Below are positions 1 through 11,895 of a DNA stretch of 64,000 nucleotides, piece by piece; the first letter of the stretch is position 1, and each line of letters starts with the position of its first letter. The translations under genes were made by a program, and so were the position numbers. The DNA lies in assembly GCA_964234715.1 (NCBI GenBank), contig OZ174277.1; one strand, 5' to 3'. The DNA comes from Podarcis melisellensis. Lineage: Eukaryota. The notes beneath the pieces are model-generated. The model saw only the letters and a program-made list of their open reading frames with translations, ran no database searches and was not told the DNA's origin.

Positions 1-3000
1 CTTACTTCACAAGGCACCACCTACGTGACTGCTGCTGGTCCTCAGGGCATGGGGGGGAAGGTTCTCAAAAGTCTTATATACCATTTCAGCTCTTTCATTT
101 TGAGGGACCCCAAGATAATTTGAAATTAAACTGGATACCTTTGTATATCAATTGTTAAAGAGCTATTTACAGTGCAATGTTCTACACAGGTTTAATGGGA
201 TCTACTTCCATGTAAGTGCGCCTAGAATTGCAACCTTAATGTGCTGAAAAGTTCTCAGGTTGCTGAGTTGCTTTATTTATTCATTCACATAGTGTCCACA
301 AGTAAGCAACTTACAGTTTAGAGTAGCTGAAAATATTTGTAGACGTCTGCCTCTAAAACCTTTTTAAAGCATAAAAGAATACTGCAGTTGGAAATTAAGG
401 GCTGAAAATAATCCAGATGTTCCAAGCTCTTCTCTAAAACGGAGTGTTAAAGGGCTTTTTTTCCCTACAAAAAGAGGTGGTGGAACTTGCTGAGCACCCA
501 CCCAAATTTAAAAATAAAAATAAAAATTAGGGGAAGCAACCACAGTTATTGAGCTTTCTTCTTAGGGGGAGCAGCCAAAGTTGCTGAGCAACTACCATCT
601 CCTGGTAATAAACATTTTGTTCTGGGCCAGAGACTTTTACGTGAAAGGATGTGCCAATGCCATATATATAGAGAGAGAGAGAGTTGTATGTACATCACTG
701 TGTGCTGTTGTTATTGTTCTTTTATTATTATTGGTTCTTAGCCACACTTTTTGTCCTAGGGCAGCTTCTAAATATTGTAAATGAACAAGATGCTTTTGAG
801 CATATCAAACCATGGAGCATTGAAGACGTGATGTATTAAGACACTGACCCCTTCTCATACACATTAAGACATGCAATTAAAGGAGTTTGCCTGTAAATGT
901 AATGAGAGAGGGGCTATGAAAGAGCAGCCTTATTGGCTGAGTCACATTAAGGGAGAGCATAGGTGAGGTGGAGGAAGGAGCTGTGAGGGACCAAGAAAGC
1001 AAAAGGGAGGAGGTGGGTGTTTGCTGTTGCAGAAAATGGGAAAGCACTGAAGCTGGAAAGCAAAGAAAGTGGGTGACGTAGTCAGGGTAATGAGCCAAGG
1101 CAATGCTTAGAAGTCGTGTTTTGTTTAGTTGTAAGCTGAATGAGAAGAGATTCAGCAAGGCCTGGTGCCACCTGGATTAACTATGTTGAGTCTTTCAATT
1201 TTACCTCCATTTTATTAGTGCTAAAAAGACAAATGAAGTCGCGGCACCTTAGAGACTGACTCATTAACTACTTGGGCCACAGCACTTTTGTCTTTTTGTT
1301 GCTGTAGACTAAACCAGCTGCTCTTCTGGAATCGATAACAGATAAGAAACTCTGCAAGAAAACACACACACTGTCTAAAAAGACATGATCCAGTCCACAC
1401 TTGGATTTTTTAAAAAGCCAATAAGTCTATAGATAGATGATGATGGGGGTAAAATAGCTATTGCCCATTTACCCCCAAATGGTTGGCATGTTAGATAGTA
1501 GAACCATCATTGGATCAGACAACTGCATAATAATCACTGTCAACCCATGAAAAACATGATCATGTCAATCTACATAGTGTCTGGCAGTGAGCATAGGAAG
1601 TACGTAATTTATTTATATATTTGTTCTCCAACCATATGTTCTCCAACCTCAGAGCAGTTTCACAGCATAAGAAATAGATATGAATAAAACAGTTATTAAA
1701 AACACTTCCATTAATAATCTAGAAAAACAACATAGATGCCAGGCAAGCCATGCCTAAAACTAGCTTGTGTGCAAAGAACATTGTGCAGGCTTTCAACAGT
1801 GCCCCATTCACTCCTTCCACCTGCTAAATCAGTAGATGGCCAGCCGAGAAGGGAGTTTTGAGGACTGAGATGGAGAAGTTGCAGGAGCCTAAGCCACAGG
1901 GATGGTGAAGGTAGGGCTAGGCATGAGGAGAGCCATTGTTGTCCAGTGAAGGTGTTTCATGAAATCCAGCAAACCAAAGAGACCAAGTTTGAAAGAGCTT
2001 CCCTTGATTCAGGTTCAGAACATGTCCTCAAAGCACACTGGATGGAGGACCATGGGACAAATTCTTACCAAAGGCACTGTTGGGTGGATGCAGCTGGTAG
2101 CTCTAAAGACAAACAATAAAATGGGAATTAAGTTGTCTTGGGCTCCTGCTAACCTTTCATTCTCATCATCCTGACCATGCTGGCTAGGGCTGATGGAAGC
2201 TGTAGTTCAAAACATCTGCAGGGCACTATGTAGGCTACCCTAGTTTTCGGGAGAAACTTACTGCTCATCAGAACCCTGCTTGAATGATGGCTTGTTTCAA
2301 CATGACTTCCCAGCATGCTCTTTTTAGAGCTCTAAAACCCATAAGACGTCAACCCTTCTCCTTAACTAGCTGGGGGGAGTGTTTTGTTTCTTCTCTTCAT
2401 CCTGTCTGTTGAGGTTAAAGAGCTTTCAGTTTTTCCAGGAAATGTACTAGCTGTATCCCAGTTCTCAAGACAGCAAAAACTGACACAGTAGAGTGCATTC
2501 TTTTGGTGCTTTGGTCCTCAATCCTTCAGTCTTCCCATGCAAAGAGTGCTTTAGAGTGGAGTCAGCCTGTTGTTCTGTTTCATTTTGCATAAGCTTCATT
2601 TCTGCAGTGCTGCAATGAATTGTGATTTCCTATGGTACTTAAAGTGACAACAGAAGCGTGACAGAGTGCAAAATGGAACTGCAAAGATGAGACATGAGGC
2701 AGATAAACATTTTAGTGTCAAGTGCTGCCGATATGTCTATTCATTATTTGTGAGAGCCAGCTCTGTATCGAGAAATCAAGAGTAGTTTATCAGCTTGGCT
2801 TGTCAGTGTAGCTAACAGTTGAGAAATCCTTCACTTCTCTGAAGGTGGGTCAAGATTATGTAACTCCAGAATAGGATGAAAAATACCATTTTACATTATT
2901 GACTTTTCCTCTTGCCAACAAGGACAGTGAAATTAATTGGGAAATGATAGTTCAAAGATCAGTGGCACATGTCAAGGCAAGCTTTCTTCGTTACATGATA

Positions 3001-3847
3001 CATAGGAATAATTTTTAGACAGTAATGAAAGGAGGCAGTGATGGCCACTTACTTGGATGGCTTTGAAAGAGAATTAGACAAATTCATGGAAGTAAAGGCT
3101 ATCAGTGGCTCATAGCCATGATGACTATGGTCTGCCTATGGTATGCTTCTGAATACTCATTGCTGGAAACCACAGAAGAGCAGAAACTAGAGCACAGTTC
3201 TGCCTTGCCAGTTTCCTCAAAAAGATCCTAAAGCAAGGATGCTGAAGCTTTTTCAGCTCAAGGGGCCACGTTATGTCTGGGCAACTTTCCAGAGACCACA
3301 TGCCAGAGGCAAAAGTGAGCAGAACAATTAATATGAATTTTACCTTTCTACAATACAGTAGGCAGGTTTCTTAACATTCACACACCCCTTTGTATTCTCC
3401 ATCCTGAATTTTCAGAGTTCAAGGTTACAACCCAGCCCAACAAAAACATCCAAGGAAATTGTAAAGCAGGGCTGGTAAGTGGCTCAGGAGGGTCTGCCAA
3501 CTGGGGAGTCCTGAGGGCCACATAGAGAGGCTTCGGGGGCTACATTTAGCCCCCGGTACTGAGTTTCCAAATCACTGTCCTAAAATAAATTTATTTCATT
3601 GTGGTCGCTAGTCTGTAAAGGATATCTACAATTTCTGAAGTTATCTTATTTCCTAGCAGAAAATTATACAAATAAATGGGATTGTGTTAATGAGCAGGCT
3701 GTGTAATAAGATGCATGATTAGAAGAGCTGATGAGAATTTAATGGGATGAGAAAGACGATAGATCAGCTGGTGTACAACCCTTTACGATGGTGCTATCAT
3801 GGCTCTATCTCTGATTTTTGCTCATGTCTTCTGGCTTCTTTTTCCAG

Positions 3848-3934
3848 TTTGTGTTCTGCCGTGAATGTAAGGAAGAATACCATGAAGGAGAATGCAACAA
3901 ACTCTTCGAAACTCAAGGAGCCACAGCCCAAGAG
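3848..3934 (+). CDS. PRKN: Parkin coding exon (equivalent to human exon 10; end of IBR and linker)
   Basis: Translates [29 protein letters not shown] (human FAFCRECKEAYHEGEC...). Pyrimidine tract plus CAG acceptor at 3845-3847; GT donor at 3935. 87 nt, phase 0/0. Confidence 0.95.
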
Positions 3935-6380
3935 GTACATAGCACATTTCACAGAAAATTAGCTCCAGCCCAAGCAGGGACACCAGGTCATGAATTACCA
4001 GAGAGGGGTCAGGTTGTGGTGTAGACACAGCGAAACACGTTTTTTCAGTGGCCAAGAGTTGCAACCACCAAAATTGCTTTGCTTATCATGAGAGACACAG
4101 AAATGCAGGGGAACATTATGGTAACTGCCCCTCTCTCCATGTGTCTCCTTCCCTGGCTGGGAAAGTCTGAGAAGCCCTGCTCTTCTCCACCTTTTATTGC
4201 CAGTGCTGAGTAAGTGCCCCATTCCACAGACATCTATATATAGAGGAGTGAGCAGTGCAGATGAGATGATGTCCAAGGATTCTGTACATTCACATGCCAA
4301 AGGGATGGCTGCCAATGACATGCTCAGCATCATCATGCAGTATTCTTAGACAGGGTTGCAGCACCACAGCAGAGTTTACTACAGACACCTGCCCAGCTCT
4401 CTGCTTTTTAAGAGTGACTAGGCCTGGGAACCGCCATTTTAATTTCTGTTAATGCCCTTGTACTATGTCAAGGAAGTTAAAATGGCAGTCTATAGACCCA
4501 GGTGCTTGTTGCCTACTGGAATGCTGTTTCTTCCTGCTGCCTGTTGTCATTACCACTGCCACCAGGGGAGCCAGAGGTGGTGGGGCACAGGAGTCTTCCC
4601 ACCAGAAAGTACAGTGCCAAGGGCCTCTGCATGTTTGGGGTGTGTGAGAGTCCAGCCCTGTCTGGACTTCAAACCTAGAATCTCCTCAGATGAGGAGGTC
4701 ATCTCCCCCAGAACCACATGAGCAGAGATACATGGTCAACCAGGCAGGAACTTCAAAACTGTCATTGAAGTTCCTGGCTAGTGTCATGAGAGAATAGTTT
4801 TGTGGGGGAGCTCATAGAAGCACCTGCTTGGGTCAGGGCCTGGCTGAGAGCTAGAAAGGAGTGAAGCCTCTGGTTTATGTATAAGCTCTCAGTCAGAGCT
4901 ACTTCGTTGCTGAAACAAACTTCTCTCTCAGGCATCAGCCTTCCTGACCTGGAGATACAGACATGGAGCCAGCCCTGCCCAGTGGGGTTGAAGAGATAGT
5001 TTAGAAGATCTGAGTTCTAGAAGTTTGGGAAATAACTTTTAGATTAGATTTCTTACCTGCCCTTCATCATGAGGTCCCGGGACAGGTCTCAACAATTTAA
5101 AATTATGATATTAAAAACAATTAAAATAGATTATCATCAAGAGAATGGTATGGGTCCTAAAATATGTATCTTGGGTGTCAAAGGCCAGAGTAAAGAGGTG
5201 TTGTTTCAGCATACAAAGAAGACTCCATAAAGAAGATGCCAGATGCACCTCTATGGGAAAGGAATTCCACAACTTAGGGGCTACCCTTTCTCCTGGGCCA
5301 TCACCTCTTCAAACATCAGAGTGCACTGGAAGAACCAAGGGGGTTTTCTCTTAACATCTAAGACTGTCTGCAGGAAGAGAGGAGGTCTTTCAGATATTTG
5401 GGACCTAAAAAGGTGTTATGGATTATGTCTATGTTTCTGCACTCAACATAGTTGCTGAATTGGCCATACTATTGATTTTATTGCTTTTTTTAAAAAATGC
5501 CTTGCTTTCTTCCTCTAGAAACTTACAGAACAGTGTCATTTGTTAGCACAGATGTGGCCTCTTTGAAAGGCCTTTTGGGATTGTATTTAGTTAACACACA
5601 TCTCTGAAAAGTTTGTCAGCTTTTTCTTGCCAACAAACTTGCATTTAATTCGCTACTAAGGACACTTTTGTGGTTGGAACTAAAAAGGGGGACTTAATTT
5701 AACAGCATAAATTGTTTCTCCAAGTACTGTGAGAATTTTCAAACAGGATGGCTTCTTTGGGCTGAATATCATAAGCTGATCATTATCTTTAAAATTCATA
5801 GTAGTTCTGAGGCCTGTTGTTCACCCTATGAGGCTAAATGCCAAACTGTGGGTAAGATTATTTCAATACAATTATGCTGAGATAATGTCAAGACCCATTA
5901 AAAAGCCATAAACATGGAGATACAGCATGATGGGGTAAAGCAGCGAGCCAATTTATATATTAATCCTAATGAAATGGAAGTTCTTTAAAGTTCAACTTTT
6001 TGGCAGTAGAATACTGAGAAATTCACTTTTATTTGTTGCTGCAACAGTAATGTGATCTTGAAGCTGAACACACTTAAATAGTTCAGCAATATGGGCCCAA
6101 CAGTTTCACCCACATCTCAGCAATCTGTGGTTGTGCTTATAGTTGTGGGAGTAGGGGATTTCCCTCTGTTCTTGTGTAAATTCGTCCTTGTGAAATCAGA
6201 GGATCAAAAGTAGGCATTATATGCCAAAATATATGTTAATAAGTCCATCTCAGATATCAATACTTCCCTATCTGTACTGAAAAGGTAACATGAGGTTTTT
6301 TCCCCCAAGCAGTATGTACAGTATATACAGACCCTCTGTTTCCAAAAATGGCATTTACTTTTTGGCCAACTACCATAAAG

Positions 6381-6560
6381 TGGGGCCGTAGCTCAGTGGC
6401 AGAGCTTGTGCTTTACTTACAAAACGTGTCAAGCTGAATCCCTGGCATTTCCATAGCAAAAACAAAAACTTTGTCTGAAACATTGAGGAGCTACTGCCAT
6501 TCAGTAAATGACAAGGTGCTAGTGGGCCCAGGGTCTAACCCAGTACAAGGCAGGTTGCTA
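6381..6560 (+). mobile_element. Degenerate tRNA-derived SINE (relative on - at ~27445-27598)
   Basis: GGGGCCGTAGCTCAGTGGCAGAGC A-box head and decayed B-box AATCCCTGGCATTTCC. Confidence 0.6.
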
Positions 6561-7591
6561 CGTGTGTTGTGAGTGATCAATGTTTGTTGTGTTGGATGTA
6601 CAGAACGTCAGTGAACTACTTGCGTAGGGACCTAGAGAAGGTTGCTATAAGAAAACAATAACACATTATGTGTGCTGATTCCTCCAAAAAGCCACAGCTA
6701 GGAGGCAAATAAATATATGATTTGTTTAAAGTTGGGCAATGCCAGTTGCCACCTGATGTAGCATGATGACAAAGATAGCTTTGATTTCTGCAAGTTTTCC
6801 TTGACTGTCTTGTTAGTATAGGGCTGGCCCAGGACATTTTAGTGGTAGAGGCAAAACAGATAATAATGTGCAGCAGATGCACAGGATGAGGATACCAACA
6901 AGCATAGGGCACACTGCAAGGAGACTAGATGTGCTGCCCCTCCCAGATTTCCAGCTCCTGCTGCCCTGAGGCAACTGCCTCACCTCACCTCATGGGCAGG
7001 CTGATGAGGTCTGGGAGAGAGGAAGAGATGTTGGGCAGAAAGAGGGGGAGAGAGATGTGTGGGAGGGAGGGAGGGGCATGTGTTTCTGTGAACTATATAT
7101 TTGCAGTGAGCCTGTGCATGAGAGTGAGTGTGTGACTACCTTGTATATTTTTCCTGTTACTGGAGAATGCTCCCTGTTGTTATTACACAGCAGCAGCATC
7201 ACTGTGTGAGTAAGATAGAACAATATTGTGTGAGCTCCACAATCAAGGCCAGGAGGACATAGCAGACTTCCCATGGTAAACCTAATGTCGTCTGGGTTGG
7301 GGAAGCAATGACTGTACCCTCTCTCTCATTTTCAGTTATGGCTGCTCCCATAGCAGCCATGTTGTATTATGCTCCCCGGGTAGCAATTTTGTGACTGGAT
7401 CCCACAGCACGTTCTTGATATTCAAATGTGCCTACTGGTCCAAAAATGTTGGTGACCCGTAGTATTACTTTTTACTATTGCTGCTGAAGACTAATGTGGC
7501 TACCCCTCTAGAAATGTAATGTTTATTGTAATCGTGTACATACTTCTCATGACACAGCAAAAGAGAGTTTCCATCATGTATACACTGAAAG

Positions 7592-8090
7592 CATCATCTT
7601 AAAAGCAGAGACATCACCTTGCCAACAAAGGTCTGTATAGTTAAAGCTATGGTTTTCCCAGTAGTGATGTATGGAAGTGAGAGCTGGACCATAAAGAAGG
7701 CTGATCGCCGAAGAATTGATGCTTTTGAATTATGGTGCTGGAGGAGACTCTTGAGAGTCCCATGGACTGCAAGAAGATCAAAGACATCCATTCTTAAGGA
7801 AATCAGCCCTGAGTGCTCACTGGAAGGACAGATCATGAAGCTGAGGCTCCAATAATTTGGCCACCTCATGAGAAGAGAAGACTCCCAGGAAAAGACCCTG
7901 ATGTTTGGAAAGATGGAGGGCACAAGGAGAAGGGGACGACAGAGGACGAGATGGTTGGACAGTGTTCTCGAAGGTACCAGCATGAGTTTGACCAAACTGC
8001 AGGAGGCAGTAGAAGACAGGAGTGCCTGGCGTGCTCTGGTCCATGGGGTCACGAAGAGTGGAACACAACTAAATGACTAAACAACAACAA
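7592..8090 (+). mobile_element. RTE-BovB LINE 3' fragment
   Basis: TKVCIVKAMVFPVVMYGSESWTIKKADRRRIDAFELWCWRRLLRVPWTARRS is the BovB RT C-terminus. (CAA)n tail; TSD ATACACTGAAAG. Confidence 0.93.
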
Positions 8091-8093
8091 ATA

Positions 8094-8323
8094 CAGTGGT
8101 ACCTCGGGTTAAGTACTTAATTTGTTCCGGAGGTCCGTTCTTAACCTGAAACTGTTCTTCACCTGAAGCACTACTTTACTAATGGGGCCTCCTGCCACCA
8201 GAGCACGATTTCTGTTCTCATCCTGAAGCAAAGTTCTTAACCCAAGGTACTATTTCTGGGTTAGCGGAGTCAGTAACCTGAAGTGCATGTAACCTGAAGT
8301 GTATGTAACCCAAGGTACCACTG
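8094..8323 (+). mobile_element. Tc1/mariner(Tigger)-type MITE
   Basis: TIR CAGTGGTACCT...AGGTACCACTG with TA duplication; same family at 21439 and 37168. Confidence 0.88.
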
Positions 8324-10442
8324 TACACTGAAAGAGAGAGAGATTTAATCCTTCAGTGACTTCTCTCTCAGTTGAAGGCTTTTTCGCTTTACTTTGGTGC
8401 ATTCGTAGTATTTTACCACTTGGTGGCACTATGTTACTAAAGAGAATACATGTGAGCTAAAGAAAAAAAAATTGAAGCCTCTCATACTCCTTAGAGGAAT
8501 TGAAGTGATCCAAGGATTTATTAAATGCAACCAAACTGTTTTCGTGCCTTCTGTCTTAAAATTTTACAATGTTATTTTTTGACAGTTTGAATCTTATCTG
8601 CCATTTTGATTCCACTTAGAAAGTATTTTGTGTTAGGTGATATATGCCCAGTGCCTGCTAGAAGCTAACTACCCTCGGATTGCCAAGTATTTTTCTATTC
8701 TATGCTTACCTGCACGTATATGTCAAGCTTCTTCAAGAGATGGCATCATAATTTGGCACTAGTTGCAAAGGTGTGTAAAATGGACTGTTTGCAGTATTTG
8801 CTCTCCTATCCTATTGTGAAAACAGTTGTTTTGTGAACTTCTACAAATGTATGTGGGGTAATCCAGTAGAAGAAGAAAACACCTCCACTTCCTGACTCAT
8901 ACAGTCATTCTTTGGGTTCCACTCACTTGTGTGAAGAAATACAAGAGGGGCAGGACCAATCCTGTGTACACTCAGACCAAGGACCAGCTGACAGAGGTCT
9001 GTTTCATCAGTTAAATCAAATCAGCAATCATAGTTGGAAAAGAAAGTCTTCCCATGAACATCTGCCTCACCACTGTCTAACAGGACACTAGACTAGATGG
9101 AGCTTTGGCTTAATGTAGCTGGGCCAATGTACACGGGATTTGACCTGCCTTTCTCGTTTTTCCTCACATGAGTGGAAGCCAAAGAGGGACAACACAAGTG
9201 AGGAAGTGGGGGTGCTCCTTATTCCACTAGATTACCCCACATACATTTGAAGAAGTTCAAAAAGTGATGTTTTTAATGTAGCCACATTCTTAGGTCAAGA
9301 TCAGATGTTCCTAACACGATGATATATAGGATGTGACACAAAGTGGGCTTAGGGTTTCTGCTATTTATACTCTTAAACCTTCCAGACCCTTGATTTGGGG
9401 GGGGAGGTGGAATTCAGTCACATACTGGCAAATTCAGGTTCCACAAGTAAAGCTGCTTTGGTGTTTGTTTCTTGTGAAACAAACCAGCTCTCCCCCCACC
9501 CACCCATTGTACTTTTTGCAATAAAGGAAAGTGATGAGGAAATTCACTGCAAAGTTTGAGGTAACATTTGCTTCATATAACCTACCCACAAACTTTATGC
9601 AAGCAAGTCAGGATGAATGCTCTATAAACAGGTTCTCTGGAAGCATCCTTAGTTGTTCTAGTAACTTTCTGGCACAGACGCTAAACATTTCCCTTTCAAA
9701 TCTCGTAACATTTATTTTACTGTAGTGTGAATCATTTCTCCTTCGTGTAAAAGCAGGCTAGGGAAAGGCAGAAGGTACTGTTAATCATTCCAAAGCATGT
9801 CCTGATGGCAAAACGAAAAGATCTGCAAAACAGGTTGATGAAGAGAGCATGATCATCAAGAATTGCTTTCAGCCTGCAGTTCTTGCCATCACCAGAAGAT
9901 GGCAAGAAGTTCATAACTATTATAGTCATTGCTGACCAAGCGATGCTTCATGCTTGCTGAACAGCAGCTGTCTAATGTGTTTTTGCTGCAGGTGTGCATG
10001 ATTGAGAAGGCCGGTCTTTTACACACAGGTGATGGTTTCCTAATCATATAGCAATGCATAACTGGTAGTCACAATTTCATAATTTGGCTTCAGTGTGGGA
10101 TTTTGCGATGAGCTTTCCCCAAACAAGTTAATTGTGGTGATTCCTGGAAGATGGTGAATATATATGCTGGGCAGATTTGTTTTGCTAAGATAATAATACC
10201 CAGTCATGCAATACCATTTATCAAGTTACAAAATACATAAATGTCAAGCGCTTTGGTATGCAGAAGTGATGCAAATGATTTCTGTGTGCTTGCAGCTTGG
10301 TTGATGTTATTATAGGGGGAATAACATGGCATAATGAAATGTCACTGGGAGAAACAGCATAAAAGAATAAATCTGTCATACTGGAGAAGAGGAGGAAGAT
10401 GTCAAGGAAAGAGGGAAACTTAGTACAAGGTTATGTCAAAGT

Positions 10443-10586
10443 CAGTTAGCTCAGTTGTAACCATGGTGCTGATAACACCAATGTAAAGCATTTTGATCCC
10501 CTTTTGGGCCACCTGCATTTTCCTGCATTGCAGGGGTTGGGCTAAACGACCCTTGGGTCCCTTCCAACTCCACAATTCTATCTTTC
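10443..10586 (+). mobile_element. tRNA-derived SINE with CR1-like tail (Squam3-like)
   Basis: TAGCTCAGTTG head, CCTGCATTGCAGGGG body, CCCTTCCAACTC tail; relatives at 48985 and 61277. Confidence 0.7.
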
Positions 10587-11249
10587 TAACACTGGTTAAT
10601 TTTCATGTAATATTTCCCCCCTCCCATCTATCTATTTATCTATCTATCTATCTAATGAAGGAGAGGTAGAAGGAAACTGATTAACTGTGTGATTTGGTTC
10701 ACTTGGCTGCTTCAGAAATGGGCTAGTGATGGACTCTGTGGGGTGCAGGCCCCTGTCCCTTCCATCATGGACACAGCATCACTTTGGAGCTGAAAACACC
10801 CAGTTTACCTGATGCTTCTCTTCTTGATTAGGCAAATGACTTGAAGCCAGTCACCAGCCCAGATACATATGAACAAGACATAGTCAACAGATGGAAAGGA
10901 GGACCCTACTGATAGATTTATCTTGATGGTCTTTTCATCTTTAGTCTTCATTTGTGTAAAATGGGTACAAAACCAAGCCCTCCTCAACAGTGGTGATGAT
11001 ATTCTGGCTTACAGCAGAGCTTTCTTCACATCTTCCTTACAGAGAGAATTCAGTGTGCTACAAGACTCTATGTTGGCTTTGTGGCAAGAGATTAACAGGG
11101 CTGCTTCTTTGGAAACTTCTCCTCTGGTCAGGTGGAAGTAATATCTGCCCTCCTCATTATCTGCATAGAAGGATCAAACTGAAAGAAACAGCCACATGTC
11201 CTATTTTCTGCTTGAGCAGCATTCTGTTCATCTCCCCCCCCCCTTACAG

Positions 11250-11367
11250 GGATATGGAGTTGATGAGCACGCAGCCCTACAGGCTCGATGGGAAGAGGCA
11301 TCCAAAGAAACAATCAAAAGAACAACAAAGCCATGCCCTAAGTGTCATGTTCCAGTGGAAAAGGATG
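11250..11367 (+). CDS. PRKN: Parkin coding exon (human exon 11; REP element and start of RING2)
   Basis: [42 protein letters not shown] acceptor and G|GTAAGT donor. 118 nt, the same as human exon 11. Confidence 0.97.
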
Positions 11368-11624
11368 GTAAGTTTATTGATCAGTATTCAATACTGATCA
11401 ATACAGCTCGGGGGAGGAACGTCAGGCCCAGGGGTGAAATGTTGCACAAAAGCCTTTCTATTAGGCCCTTGGTCTCTCCCTGGACCCTCTGTCCCAAGCC
11501 ACACCCTCAAGCATAGTAAATTCTAAATGTTATATGCCCATTATTTTTATTTTTTGTCATCCATCCACTTTTGCCTATGAACTCATTTGCAATTTCTTAC
11601 TTTTGGTTTTGGTTTTTCTTCTAG

Positions 11625-11734
11625 GTGGATGCATGCATATGAAGTGTCCTCGGCCTCAGTGCAGATTTGAGTGGTGTTGGAACTGTAGCCTAGAGTGGAA
11701 CAGGACTTGCATGGGCGATCATTGGTTTGACTGA
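11625..11734 (+). CDS. PRKN: Parkin last coding exon (human exon 12; RING2 with catalytic Cys/His/Glu)
   Basis: [39 protein letters not shown] acceptor after a long T-tract; phase matches the previous exon; TGA at 11732-11734. Confidence 0.97.
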
Positions 11735-11889
11735 TCACCAAACAACACTGCAAAAAACAGCACATATGACAATATGCTGGTACTTGAGAATGTAGACCCA
11801 CAAGCACAGCTCCTTCTACCAGGGTCAAATCCTGAACTCCTTGCTCAGGGAGTGAATTCCTCATTAGCCCCAGATTAAGGAATTCACTT

Positions 11890-11895
11890 AATAAA
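11890..11895 (+). terminator. Candidate PRKN polyadenylation signal AATAAA (alternative ATTAAA at 12298-12303)
   Basis: First canonical hexamer after the stop codon; usage cannot be shown from sequence. Confidence 0.4.

Noticed and set aside
7594-8052. 152-aa antisense ORF
   Set aside because: Antisense frame of the BovB fragment, a common artefact of this family.
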